A DNA stretch of 63,239 nucleotides, the filler included, from Octopus bimaculoides (Eukaryota), in NCBI RefSeq assembly GCF_001194135.2. It is 5 parts of 5 records of this genome, joined end to end, with 100 filler letters (N's around TTAATTAATTAA, not from the genome) between each part and the next. Parts side by side here need not be neighbours in the genome. Positions count along the whole stretch, not along the records: positions 26,369 to 57,068 come from NC_068996.1; 4 more parts are not named here. One strand, given 5' to 3'. Numbering within the stretch: position 1 is the stretch's first letter; each line of letters starts with the position of its first letter. The translations under genes and the position numbers were made by a program. Below are positions 36,495 through 49,604 of the stretch, one piece after another. The notes beneath the pieces are model-generated. The model was not told where the DNA came from. It did no database searches and saw only the letters and a list, made by a program, of their open reading frames with translations.

Positions 36495-37974
36495 ACAAAT
36501 GTAGTTGTAAAAAGAACAATAAATGACGCGTGGCCTAGTCGTTAAGAAGGGGAATTAACTGTGTACGGTACAGACATTTGATCTCTATGCGCAGATCAAC
36601 TGGAACTAAAGCAAGAAACTTTAGAACCGTCTTCACCGGACTTAACAGATTTACCAAGAAGAAATAATAATAAAGAGGAGGAGGTGGAGGGAGGAGGAGG
36701 TGGAGGGAGGAGGAGGTNNNNNNNNNNNNNNNNNNNNNNNNNNNNNNNNNNNNNNNNNNNNNNNNNNNNNNNNNNNNNNNNNNNNNNNNNNNNNNNNNNN
36801 NNNNNNNNNNNNNNNNNNNNNNNNNNNNNNNNNNNNNNNNNNNNNNNNNNNNNNNNNNNNNNNNNNNNNNNNNNNNNNNNNNNNNNNNNNNNNNNNNNNN
36901 NNNNNNNNNNNNNNNNNNNNNNNNNNNNNNNNNNNNNNNNNNNNNNNNNNNNNNNNNNNNNNNNNNNNNNNNNNNNNNNNNNNNNNNNNNNNNNNNNNNN
37001 NNNNNNNNNNNNNNNNNNNNNNNNNNNNNNNNNNNNNNNNNNNNNNNNNNNNNNNNNNNNNNNNNNNNNNNNNNNNNNNNNNNNNNNNNNNNNNNNNNNN
37101 NNNNNNNNNNNNNNNNNNNNNNNNNNNNNNNNNNNNNNNNNNNNNNNNNNNNNNNNNNNNNNNNNNNNNNNNNNNNNNNNNNNNNNNNNNNNNNNNNNNN
37201 NNNNNNNNNNNNNNNNNNNNNNNNNNNNNNNNNNNNNNNNNNNNNNNNNNNNNNNNNNNNNNNNNNNNNNNNNNNNNNNNNNNNNNNNNNNNNNNNNNNN
37301 NNNNNNNNNNNNNNNNNNNNNNNNNNNNNNNNNNNNNNNNNNNNNNNNNNNNNNNNNNNNNNNNNNNNNNNNNNNNNNNNNNNNNNNNNNNNNNNNNNNN
37401 NNNNNNNNNNNNNNNNNNNNNNNNNNNNNNNNNNNNNNNNNNNNNNNNNNNNNNNNNNNNNNNNNNNNNNNNNNNNNNNNNNNNNNNNNNNNNNNNNNNN
37501 NNNNNNNNNNNNNNNNNNNNNNNNNNNNNNNNNNNNNNNNNNNNNNNNNNNNNNNNNNNNNNNNNNNNNNNNNNNNNNNNNNNNNNNNNNNNNNNNNNNN
37601 NNNNNNNNNNNNNNNNNNNNNNNNNNNNNNNNNNNNNNNNNNNNNNNNNNNNNNNNNNNNNNNNNNNNNNGGAGGTGGAGGGAGGAGGAGGTGGAGGGAG
37701 GTGGAGGTGGAGGGAGAGAAGGTGGAGGAGATTTAATTCTCTGTGGATCTGTGAAATGTGGCAAAAAAAAAGAAGGAATTAAATAAATAAATAAACAAAT
37801 AAAAATAAAACAAGTGCAGCGTGGAAGACACATACTAGACTTTCAAAACTCACAAAAAAAACTGTTGACTTCACTTAAACAACTATTATTTGGTTTCAAA
37901 GTTTTCCTCGTACTATTGCTGAAATTTCCATATGTGCATACGTATTAATGTATTTGCGCATGCGTGTATATTCT

Positions 37975-38156
37975 TTTACTCTTTTACTCTTTTACTTGTT
38001 TCAGTCATTTTGACTGCGGCCATGCTGGGACACCGCCTTTTAGTCGAGCAAATCGACCCCGGGTCTTATTATTTGTAAGCCTAATACTTATTCTATCGGT
38101 CTCTTTTGCAGCATCGGTTGTCAGGCGATGCTAGGGGGACAAACACAGACACGCAA

Positions 38157-38195
<39 letters not shown>

Positions 38196-38320
38196 CATAT
38201 ATACGACGGGCTTCTTTCAGTTTCCGTCTACCAAATCCACTCACAAGGCTTTGGTCGGCCCGAGGCTATAGTAGAAGACACTTACCCAAGATGCCATGCA
38301 GTGGGATTGAACCCGGAACC
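37975..38320 (-). mobile_element. SINE family A, near full-length
   Basis: Tail TTTTACTCTTTTACTTGTTTCAGTC, internal (CA)n, CORE-like segment. Confidence 0.88.
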
Positions 38321-38441
38321 ATATGTGTGTAAATACGTATATGCGTGGATATGCGTGTATGTGCGTGTGGATGTATATATGCGTGTAAGTATATATGAAT
38401 GTCTCTGTATATATATATATATATAGACGTACGTGTGTACT

Positions 38442-38483
<42 letters not shown>

Positions 38484-39109
38484 CAAATTTTCTCAACTTT
38501 ATTTATACCTTATAAACGTATATTACATCCTTACCTTATTTATATTAAAATTTCCTTTATCATCTCTATTTAATCTAATCATTTATTCTTTTTACCTACT
38601 CTGTCTTACCTCCAACCAACCTTCAGACACCTCGCCTGAACACATAAAAATAAAAATCATAAACAGTATCATTCAGTCTGCTATAATGAATCCATGAACA
38701 CGCATAAAACATCAAAGAGTATGTTTTTTTCCTTCTGAATATATTATGCTCAGATCATATGAATTTAATATTTCATTAATTTACTGAGTATTAATTGAAA
38801 CAGCTGTAAAGGATAATGATTGATTTGTTGTTGATAATAAACATTTATTAACTTCACAATCTCCATTTTCTTTTTCTTTATATGAATATAAAGTACATGG
38901 TTTTATATATACCTATTGTTTTAAGGAAATCACTTCCCCCAAACTATTAGGTACTGAACCAATATATNNNNNNNNNNATACACACGCACGCACACGCACA
39001 CACATATATATATATATATAAATTGATTTAAATTGAGTTTTTACCTGTAATTTTGGATTTTGTCCCTAATATTATTATTATTATGTGTGTGTGTGTGCAT
39101 GTGTATGTA

Positions 39110-39189
<80 letters not shown>

Positions 39190-39479
39190 GTCAATTCAAA
39201 TATACAATCAAAACAATAACAGACGCACAGTAAAAGGAGAGAGAGAGAGATTTTAACGTTTCGAGCACAGTTCATATTCGGAAAGAGAGAAGGAAATGTC
39301 TTAAGACGGAAAAGAAAACACCAACAGCTCGTCTGTGCGTATTTTCTCTTCCTGACTGGAATTTTAAAGGTATGCCAACCAGGCCCGTAACAATGTTGTC
39401 GATCTAAGTTTTTATTCTATTTCATTTAGAAGCCGATTATTCTATTTTATTTAGAATAATTCTCTACGCAACCATTCAC

Positions 39480-39690
39480 CCGTTAAATCTTAATAAAATC
39501 TGACATCTTTATTGTCCGAAGTAACGTGGTCACCTGCATTTGCTTTGTTTGGTTTTACCTGTGAGAGGTAAAGCGGTGTACCAAATCTTGGTTGGATGTT
39601 GTATAGTAGCTACCAGTGGCTGTGTATCTTTGGATAATTGTAATGCTTTGATAATCCACCTATGAGGTATACTATCAAAGCATATAAATT
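39480..39690 (-). mobile_element. R4/Dong-type RT fragment
   Basis: FDSIPHRWIIKALQLSK…TKIWYTALPLT (AFDSVPH.W motif); homologous to 41540-41680. Confidence 0.7.
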
Positions 39691-40689
39691 ATGGAACTGT
39701 GTTCTTCCTCCAAGAATCCAAGTTCGGCCATGATTTGATCCAGTCGGGAAGGTACGTGTCCTGTTGCTCCAATAATATAGGTTATGAAAATGAAAGTTAT
39801 TTTCGGTACTCGATTATCCAATGTTTCCTGGAAAGAAAGAATGAGGTGGAGAGGACGGAGATAGAGAGATAGATAGATAGAGAGAGAGNNNNNNNNNNNN
39901 NNNNNNNNNNNNNNNNNNNNNNNNNNNNNNNNNNNNNNNNNNNNNNNNNNNNNNNNNNNNNNNNNNNNNNNNNNNNNNNNNNNNNNNNNNNNNNNNNNNN
40001 NNNNNNNNNNNNNNNNNNNNNNNNNNNNNNNNNNNNNNNNNNNNNNNNNNNNNNNNNNNNNNNNNNNNNNNNNNNNNNNNNNNNNNNNNNNNNNNNNNNN
40101 NNNNNNNNNNNNNNNNNNNNNNNNNNNNNNNNNNNNNNNNNNNNNNNNNNNNNNNNNNNNNNNNNNNNNNNNNNNNNNNNNNNNNNNNNNNNNNNNNNNN
40201 NNNNNNNNNNNNNNNNNNNNNNNNNNNNNNNNNNNNNNNNNNNNNNNNNNNNNNNNNNNNNNNNNNNNNNNNNNNNNNNNNNNNNNNNNNNNNNNNNNNN
40301 NNNNNNNNNNNNNNNNNNNNNNNNNNNNNNNNNNNNNNNNNNNNNNNNNNNNNNNNNNNNNNNNNNNNNNNNNNNNNNNNNNNNNNNNNNNNNNNNNNNN
40401 NNNNNNNNNNNNNNNNNNNNNNNNNNNNNNNNNNNNNNNNNNNNNNNNNNNNNNNNNNNNNNNNNNNNNNNNNNNNNNNNNNNNNNNNNNNNNNNNNNNN
40501 NNNNNNNNNNNNNNNNNNNNNNNNNNNNNNNNNNNNNNNNNNNNNNNNNNNNNNNNNNNNNNNNNNNNNNNNNNNNNNNNNNNNNNNNNNNNNNNNNNNN
40601 NNNNNNNNNNNNNNNNNNNNNNNNNNNNNNNNNNNNNNNNNNNNNNNNNNNNNNNNNNNNNNNNNNNNNNNNNNNNNNNNNNNNNNNNN

Positions 40690-40733
<44 letters not shown>

Positions 40734-41239
40734 ACAAACGTACAATGGACTTCTTTTAGCTTCTCTCTACCAAATCCACTCACAAGGATTTGGTCGGCCC
40801 GAGGCTATAGTAGGAAACACTTGTCCAAAGTTCCATGCTTCGGGACTGAACCTGGAAGCATGTGGTTGGCAAGCAAGCTTCTTAATACACACCCACGTCT
40901 GCACCTATTGACATTTCTAGTATGGTTGAGAAGTTTTGGGGTTCTTACACTAATTTCGTTAAGTTCTTTTAGCGACGAGTTCACAATACATTACAAAAAC
41001 CGAAAACGAAATCAAGACAGGTACTGTAACAAAGCTGGTGTGAGCAATACATACGTTATAGACTGAAAAATTCGATGCTAAACAATTTTTCTATGTTGTT
41101 GAAATCTAGTTGTGTTCTTTTTAATGGCCCCATTAAAATTTGACATTCTCTTCCTATCCAAGACATTTCTGATCCTCACCCAAATGTACTTATGATGGAT
41201 TATTAAAACGTTCATATTTAATTATTTTTTTAAAAATTA

Positions 41240-41900
41240 TTTTGGATATATGCGCAAGCTTTCTTCATCTTATCGGCAAAGCTGCACATTTTATTAGCAC
41301 CAATCTTAGTCCAATGTTTGTAGAGAAGCAACCCTTTTTTTGGTGGTGGGGGAGGGTGACTGACACATGGCCCATAGAGCTTCAGGTCGTCTACAAAGAA
41401 AAGCGAGAGATATTTCTGGATTTAGGGCATCTATTTCTATAAGCTCTGAGTTTTATGAGCAAGGCAAGTTTTATGAGCGAATTTAACGATAGGACAAAGC
41501 GCACTTCTAACAAGTTATCGCGCTGCATAATGCCTTTTTGGTAAAGTACCATATCCAATTTCCTTTATTTGTTATCGCATGTGAGAGGCAAAGTGGTGTG
41601 CCAAATCCTGGTTTTGCTGCTAAATTGCATTCTGTCAATGATTGTGGAATTTGGTGTTTTAATAACCCATCCTACCAGTCATTTTGGTTGCTCAGCCACT
41701 TTACAATCAAATTCCTTCGGTTGTTTACTGTTCTTTTTTATATCCCTTAGTTAACCAATAACTAATCCATACAATCTGATTAGTCTTTCCTGCTCTTAGC
41801 TTACTCAAGGGTGTCATAATATTCTTGTACGAAGATTCTGTTCTGGCAAATTACTGGGCTGCCATTTTTAGCTTGGGTAAATGGGTTAAATTTTGGATAA
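41240..41900 (-). mobile_element. R4/Dong-type RT fragment, decayed
   Basis: PVICQN (cf. RPITCL), WVIKT…TRIWHTTLPLT, KGIMQRDNL (cf. GIFQGDSL), FFVDDLKLY. Confidence 0.75.
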
Positions 41901-42259
41901 TGGAGAGCACTAGTGAACCTGGTCGGCTCTTTGCATGATGACACCTCTGGGACCACTAACCTGGGATGACCCCAGTCCCATCAAGAAGCCAAGATATCAA
42001 GAATGGGATGGATTAAGGTAGATGACAGGCCTTGGGAATATCTAATCTATTCTGATATTCTTACCAGACAGTGTTATGAAATCTTGATCGTAAAAAAGTG
42101 AGATTCATGAACCAATATTCTGTTATAAGGTCTGAGTCAGAGGATTAAATATTTGTCTTTTTCTTTAGCATTGTTTCAACTACTGTACTGTTTATTTCAT
42201 ATTGTTTTATCTTTTACTTGTTTCAGTCACTGGACCGTGACTATGTTGAGGCATCGCCT

Positions 42260-42860
42260 TGATTAATGGAGCGGAAATACTAGGTTTGAAAAAATCTCTT
42301 GGATGGAAAAAGTCGAAGGTAGCCAGCGGGACTCAATCTTCTCTAAACTTGACAGACGTTCTACCATTGTACCGAAACAACCCCATGTGTAGTTGTCTTG
42401 TTCTAGTTCTTCAATCCGTTCGATTTGCTTGCAAACGCTTGCATGTCTTCGGTAGCTGCAAACTTGTTCCTCTAATGAAAGGCTTTTTCCGAGGTGCGAG
42501 TTGTTTATGTTGAATTTACGATCAAGTGACTTCGGATCTCTGGTACACAATCTATTCAGTGTGAGTGTATACGATATTATATATATGATATGTATGTATG
42601 TATGTATGCATGAATAGATGTATGCATGAATAGATGTATGCATGAATAGATGTATGCATAATAGATTCTTACATACATACATGCATCCTTGCATACATAC
42701 GCATATACCTACATAAATACATACATACATACATACATACATACATACATACATACATAAAGAGAAGAACTCACCGCCATCTTTCGATTCAGACGTCCTA
42801 CGAGCACTCTTCCCGTTCTAAGCTGCTAAGAAACCATTTAGGACATTATATGATTATTGG
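42260..42860 (-). mobile_element. Possible mariner remnant interrupted by a microsatellite
   Basis: Weak traces: KWF..SLE.EE…, RDPKS…KFNI…HLGK, and LATFDFF (cf. LAPSDFFLF). Confidence 0.35.
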
Positions 42861-43089
42861 TGCAGGTGTTGCGCGAAGTTGGTCTGATGTTTCTTGCTTT
42901 TTTTCTTTTTTTTTTGTCTTCTTCGTTAAACAGATGTTTTTGGTTAGAAGAAGCACTCATTGCAGTACAAATATCAGTGGCTGGATGGTATGGGATGGGT
43001 GAAGAGGTTTGAGAGAAGCCGTAGACGGATAAGGCACAGACAGACAGATAGATAGATAGACAGATAGATAGACAGACAGACAGACAAAC

Positions 43090-43158
<69 letters not shown>

Positions 43159-44839
43159 TAGGTATATGCATATATTCACACACACACACACACACCCACA
43201 CACCCACACATACACACACGCGGTATGCTTGACCGCTAATTCNNNNNNNNNNNNNNNNNNNNNNNNNNNNNNNNNNNNNNNNNNNNNNNNNNNNNNNNNN
43301 NNNNNNNNNNNNNNNNNNNNNNNNNNNNNNNNNNNNNNNNNNNNNNNNNNNNNNNNNNNNNNNNNNNNNNNNNNNNNNNNNNNNNNNNNNNNNNNNNNNN
43401 NNNNNNNNNNNNNNNNNNNNNNNNNNNNNNNNNNNNNNNNNNNNNNNNNNNNNNNNNNNNNNNNNNNNNNNNNNNNNNNNNNNNNNNNNNNNNNNNNNNN
43501 NNNNNNNNNNNNNNNNNNNNNNNNNNNNNNNNNNNNNNNNNNNNNNNNNNNNNNNNNNNNNNNNNNNNNNNNNNNNNNNNNNNNNNNNNNNNNNNNNNNN
43601 NNNNNNNNNNNNNNNNNNNNNNNNNNNNNNNNNNNNNNNNNNNNNNNNNNNNNNNNNNNNNNNNNNNNNNNNNNNNNNNNNNNNNNNNNNNNNNNNNNNN
43701 NNNNNNNNNNNNNNNNNNNNNNNNNNNNNNNNNNNNNNNNNNNNNNNNNNNNNNNNNNNNNNNNNNNNNNNNNNNNNNNNNNNNNNNNNNNNNNNNNNNN
43801 NNNNNNNNNNNNNNNNNNNNNNNNNNNNNNNNNNNNNNNNNNNNNNNNNNNNNNNNNNNNNNNNNNNNNNNNNNNNNNNNNNNNNNNNNNNNNNNNNNNN
43901 NNNNNNNNNNNNNNNNNNNNNNNNNNNNNNNNNNNNNNNNNNNNNNNNNNNNNNNNNNNNNNNNNNNNNNNNNNNNNNNNNNNNNNNNNNNNNNNNNNNN
44001 NNNNNNNNNNNNNNNNNNNNNNNNNNNNNNNNNNNNNNNNNNNNNNNNNNNNNNNNNNNNNNNNNNNNNNNNNNNNNNNNNNNNNNNNNNNNNNNNNNNN
44101 NNNNNNNNNNNNNNNNNNNNNNNNNNNNNNNNNNNNNNNNNNNNNNNNNNNNNNNNNNGGTGGTGGTGGTGGTGATGGCGGCGACGGTTATTGTTATGAT
44201 TATGGTTATGGTGGTGGTCGTAGTAAAAGTGGTGAGAAAGGTAGCAGCGGCGGCAGCGGCGGTGGCAGATTAGCTGGGGCCCGATTGTTTACATAACAGG
44301 AAGATGTACAAAAAGAAGATGGGGGAAAAGTTTTACCATAATGCTAATCCATCCCCTAATTAACTATTAAGTTTATGTTTAAATAACACATTACGTTAGT
44401 AATAACAGTTTATCTAGCGTCTACACATGTCCTATTTCTTCCTCTTCTTTGGAAAAGAGAAGAGAGATAATGACGGTGGGGGGGCGGAAGGGGGCTGGAT
44501 GAAGGAGAAAGAGGAGAAGACTGAGAGAAGGACTGGAGAAGAAAAAGAAAGAGGTAATGGAAAACGAAAGAAAGAAGAGAAGAAAGGATGGAAGAGAATG
44601 AAGGAAGGAAGGAAGGAAGGAAAATTCAAGAGAGTGTGAAAATATTAAATGTTTGTGGGTAACAAAATACCTGTAGACAACATCCACCCCGGTTGCAAGC
44701 ACTCATTGACGTTGTTACTTCCCGGGTACACCATTGCATTTTTTCTGGTATTACACTTTTGGCGATGGAATGTATGTTACTAGAGCTGGACACGATTTGG
44801 ATGGAATTTACGTTTGTTTATTATTATTACAAACTTAAA

Positions 44840-45290
44840 GGCGACCAGCTGGCAGAATCGTTACTTAGCAAGTGGGCGAAATGCTTAGCAGTATTCCGCC
44901 TGTCCTCATGTTCTGAGTTCAAATGCCGCCGAGGTCGACTTTGCCTTTCATCCTTTCGGGGTCGATAAATTAAGTACCAGTTGAACACTAGAATCGATGT
45001 AATCGACTTAATCCCTTTGTCTGTCCTTGTTTGCCCCCTCTATGTTTAGCCCCTTGTGGGCAATAAAGAAATAAGAATCGTTACTTAGCAAATGGGCAAA
45101 ATGTTTAGCAGTATTTCGCCTGTCATCACGTTCTGAGTTCAAATGCCGCCGAAGTCGACTTTGCCTTTCATCCTTTCGGGGTCGATAAATTAAGTACCAG
45201 TTGAACACTAGAATCGATGTAATCGACTTATTTCCTTCCCCCAAATTTCATGCCTTATGCCTATAGTAGAAAGTATTATTATTATTGTTC
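44840..45290 (+). mobile_element. SINE family B tandem dimer
   Basis: The unit GGCGACCAGCTGGCAGAATCG…GAGTTCAAATGCCGCCGAGG… is repeated; the second unit starts after AATAAAGAAATAAGAA; (ATT)n tail at about 45275-45290. Confidence 0.9.
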
Positions 45291-45463
45291 TTCTAATTAG
45301 TTTTTTCAAAAAAATATTCCTTTAACTTGTGACGGCGGACAAACTGAAATAGCCCTTGAGCTAGTTAATTCTTGGAGCTTGGACTGAGTTTCTGCCTAAG
45401 TTCTAAGAATTTCGACAAGAATAAACTAGCTCAAGGGCTATTTCTGTTCTTCTTATTATTATA

Positions 45464-45680
45464 AGGCGGTGAACTGGCAGAATCGTTAGCACGCCAAGCT
45501 TAATGCTTAGCAGTATTTCGTCTGTCCTCAAGTTTTGAGTTCAAATTCTGTCGAGGTCGACTTTGCCTTTCATCCCTTCAGGGTCGACAAAAACGAGTAG
45601 CAGTTGAATACTCGCGTTGATGGAATCGACTTACCCTATTCCCCGAAATTACTGATTTTGTGCCAAAATTTGAAATCTAT
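45464..45680 (+). mobile_element. SINE family B
   Basis: GGCGGTGAACTGGCAGAATCGTTAGCAC…GAGTTCAAATTC…. Confidence 0.85.
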
Positions 45681-45774
45681 ATTTCTGTCGAGATGTCTTA
45701 CGCAGACCAATAAGTGCGATTTGAAGGCTATATGGCTGCTATTTTTAGCAGCATGAACAACCACACAATTTCTG

Positions 45775-45972
45775 GTTGTTGTTGTTGTTGTTGGAAATAT
45801 ATTGATGTTGTTACTGTTGATTATGATGTTGACGATATTGGTATGGTAATAAAATTATTGCTGCTGCTGTTGTTTTTGGTTTTAGTGGCGGTGTTGTTAC
45901 TGCAGTTGCTGTTATTGTTGCTGTTGTTGTTGCTGCTGCTGCTGCTGCTTTTGTTGTTGTTGTTGTTGTTGC

Positions 45973-46012
<40 letters not shown>
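45775..46012. repeat. (TTG/CTG)n microsatellite
   Basis: Direct reading. Confidence 0.9.
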
Positions 46013-46323
46013 AGCGTCGGTAACAACAGAAAACTTACTAATTTCCGATGATTCTGATTATTATGCCACTTCGGTTTTCTGCAACAACTGTCACATTTTC
46101 ATGTTCTTCGATCTGAAATCGATCTTTTCCTAAGTTTTTTTTTTCTTTCTCTTTTTTTTTTATCTAGGTTCAATCAACATTACAACTTCCAATTGAATAC
46201 TCGATCATTTCTCTGAGAAAGATGATCGAAAATCGATCACCTACTTTCTTATGACCCCAAGTTCTTTTTAAAAATATTGCAGCTAACATATGACATTTCT
46301 GTAACAATGATCCATAGTCTGAA

Positions 46324-46606
46324 GGCGGCGAGCTGGCAGAAACGTTAGCACGCCGGGCGAAATGCTTAGAGGTATTTCGTCAGCCGCTACGTTCTGAGTT
46401 CAAATTCCGCCGAGGTCGACTTTACTTTTCATCCTTTCGGGGTCGATAAATTAAGTACCAGTTACGCACTGGGGTCGATGTAAACGACTTAATCCCGTTG
46501 TCTGTCCTTTCTATGTTTAGCCCCTTGTGGGCAATAAAGAAATAAGAAACGTTAGCACCTCAGGCTAAATGCTTAGCAGTATTTCATCTGTCTTTATGTT
46601 CTGAGT
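46324..46606 (+). mobile_element. SINE family B, young full copy plus partial second head
   Basis: GGCGGCGAGCTGGCAGAAACGTTAGC (A-box-like) …GAGTTCAAATTCC (B box). Confidence 0.92.
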
Positions 46607-47556
46607 TGGTAGCTATCTTGGTAGCTATTCAATTGATCTCGGTGTCGTCACAGCAGCCCCATCCCCGAACAACACAAAGCACAGTACTCTTCCCCGGGTA
46701 TAGAAATACTTAAGCCCTATATAGTATCTATTTAGATGCAGATGTGGGTGAGTGATAAAAAGTTTGCTTCCCAACCACGTGGTTCCTGGTTCAGTCACTC
46801 TGTGTGGCACTATGGGTGTAAGTATTCTTCTTGTATATAGCTCCAGGCTTTTTAAAACCTTGTGAATGAATTCGGTAGATGAAACTAAAACAAATCTCTC
46901 GTGTGTGTGTGTGTGTGTGTGCACGCGCGTGTGTATGTGTGTGTGTGCATGTGTGCACGCGCGTGTGTGTATGTATGTGAGTGTATATGTGTGTGTGAGT
47001 GTAGGTGTGCATTTGTTTTTTATGTGTTCCCACCACCATCATCCCCGTCGTCTCTTGGCAATCGAGGTTGGTTTGTTTATGTCCCCATAACATAGCGGTT
47101 CTGCAAAAAGCAATAAATACGGCAGAAACGTTAGCGCGCCGGGCGAAATATTTAGCGGTATTTCATCTGTCTTTATGTTCTGAGTTCAAATTCCACCGAG
47201 GTCGACTTTGCCTTTGATCGTCTTCAGGTCGATAAATTAAGTACCAGTCGTGTACTGTGGTCGATCTAATCGACTGGTCCCCTCCTCAAAAATTTCGTAC
47301 CTTGTGTCTAGAGTAGAAAAGAATATACTACTGCAGATCTCCAATTTACTATATTGCTTGCGTGGACCCTCCCCCACCACCAAAAAAAAAAGGGTCTTAC
47401 ATAGACCCCCATGGGTCATATGGACTCCGGTTGAGAAGTACTGGTGTAAGACTCGGCAACTCTTTCTGTTTCAAATTTGGACTTCGAACGTTAAGTCTGA
47501 GAGCTATTTTCCTCGATGTAACAGTTATGGCTGTTGCTGCTTTCAATTTTGCTGCT

Positions 47557-47567
<11 letters not shown>

Positions 47568-47610
<43 letters not shown>

Positions 47611-47624
47611 GGTGGTGGTGGTGG

Positions 47625-47661
<37 letters not shown>

Positions 47662-47775
47662 GACAATGATGATGATGATGATGACGATGACGATGATGAT
47701 GACGATGATGACGACGATGAGGATGATGATGATGATGATGGTGGTGATGGTGGTGGTGGTNNNNNNNNNNGATGA

Positions 47776-47809
<34 letters not shown>

Positions 47810-47823
47810 GGTGGTGGTGGTGG

Positions 47824-47860
<37 letters not shown>

Positions 47861-48080
47861 GACAATGATGATGATGATGATGACGATGACGATGATGATG
47901 ACGATGATGACGACGATGAGGATGATGATGATGATGATGGTGGTGATGGTGGTGGTGGTGGTGATGATGATGATGATGATGAAGACAATGATGATGATGA
48001 TGACGATGATGACGACGATGATGATGACGATGATGACGACGATGATGATGATGATGATGACGATGATGATGACGATGACG
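47568..48080. repeat. Compound (GAT/GAC/GGT)n microsatellite, partly duplicated across a 10-N gap
   Basis: The block before the gap (about 47570-47760) reappears at 47771-47960. Confidence 0.9.
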
Positions 48081-48835
48081 TTTTTGTTGATATCGGTTCG
48101 GTGACACTGTTCTTATTTAACCTGTCGCTATTTTTATCTCCCTTGTTGATATTTTCATGGTTGGTGTCGTCGCTCACGTTTCTGCCCGCCTCTCCCTCCA
48201 CTCCCTCACATTCGTTATATCAATCTTCTTCAAATTGTTTTTGTTATAGTTGTTGTTGTTGTTCATACCAGCGCCGTTGTATTTTTAGCTTCATCACTGT
48301 TTTGCACCTTGACATCACTCATATCCCACTTGTCTCTGCTAATGGTAAGTTTGATGACATCGTGGTATTTTTTTTTAGAATATTTTTTTTTTTTTTTTTT
48401 CTTCTTCAAATTTTTGTCGACAGAAGTCATTTCTCTTTCTGCTGATAATAAATGTCGTTCGTACGTTCTGCGAGGCAGCCGACTGATAGAGAGAAATACT
48501 TTTACGTCGTCTTCTACTTCTCGTTTGGTTACTTCCTACTGTACCTACTTCTTCAGCTGTCAACAGGATTCTTTGACAGTTGTCAGCTTGCCAGTGCCTA
48601 CGACTAAAGACAAAATAAAACAAAAACAAAAAACAACAACAACAACAAAAAGAAAGCAAGCAAGAAAGAAAGAAAATCTTTCCAAAATAGGAGAGATATT
48701 CCAGGATGACAAGACCTCGTGTACTCGACATTCTCTGCTACAAATACACACCCATAAAGACTGACCACCGTCCTCATCGTCCCATCCGCCACCACCACCA
48801 CCACCACTGTTACCACCACCGCCACACACTACATA

Positions 48836-49017
48836 GGCGCAGGTGTGGCTGCGAGGTTAAGAAGCTTGCTTCCCAACCATATGGTCTTGGGTTCAGTCCC
48901 AATGTGTGGCACTCTGGGCAAATGTCTTCTACAAGAGTTCCACTTTGACCAAAGCCTTGTAAGTGGATTTGGTCAACGGAAACTGAAAGAAGCCCGTCTT
49001 ATAATACATATGTATAT

Positions 49018-49092
<75 letters not shown>

Positions 49093-49195
49093 TGCGTGCG
49101 TGCGTTTTTCCCCACCACCGCTTGACAACCGATATTGGTTTGCTTACGTCACTGTAAATTAGCGGCTCGGTATAAGAGACTGAAAGAATAAGTAA
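48836..49195 (+). mobile_element. SINE family A with internal (TG)n, 3' end replaced by an R4-type tail
   Basis: GGCGCAGGTGTGGCTG… head, CORE-like segment, (TG)n, then the 3' module up to GAATAAGTA. Confidence 0.88.
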
Positions 49196-49410
49196 CAAAC
49201 ATACAAACGAATGCATAACCAAAACACCAGGACAAACGACTATATTATATAACAAAAAGAAAATAGCACCTCTAGGCACTGCACGCATCCTATGTAAATC
49301 ATTTTGAATACAGTAAAAATAACAACCCCAAAACAAACCACAGCACATATCCAAGGCACACAGAACGGTGCTCTGTAGTGCAGTGAAAGCACATGATAAA
49401 AAGAAAACTA
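49196..49410 (+). mobile_element. R4/Dong-type LINE family 2, 3' end
   Basis: Homologous to 56180-56390 (ATAACCAAAACACCAGGAC…GCACTGCACGCATCC…GTGAAAGCAC). Confidence 0.8.
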
Positions 49411-49548
49411 ATGATCCTTTTTCCTAGAGGCACAAGGCCTGAAATTTGGGGGATGGGACTAGTCGATTACATCGACCCCAGTGTTTCACTGGTACTTAAT
49501 TTATCGACCCCGAAAGGATGAAAGGTAAAGTGGACTTCAGTGGAATTA

Positions 49549-49604
<56 letters not shown>

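Noticed and set aside
39559-39659. Apparent minus-strand exon with AG/GT boundaries (VDYQSITIIQ…)
   Set aside because: Another frame gives FDSIPHRWIIKAL, an RT motif, and homology to 41540-41680 continues past the supposed donor. It is a LINE fragment.
44655-44815. Unique block with a CAG|GTATTT donor on the minus strand and a WYYTFGDGMYV frame on the plus strand
   Set aside because: There is no good acceptor for either reading, a stop lies just upstream of the plus frame, and no homology is recognisable.
44840-47325. Regularly recurring units of about 240 bp that might suggest a CRISPR-like or satellite array
   Set aside because: The units are SINE family B copies of variable length and divergence, with no repeat-spacer periodicity and no cas genes.
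47397-48445. Long poly-Asp/Ser/His/Met ORFs
   Set aside because: These are trinucleotide microsatellite read-throughs spanning a gap with artefactual duplication.
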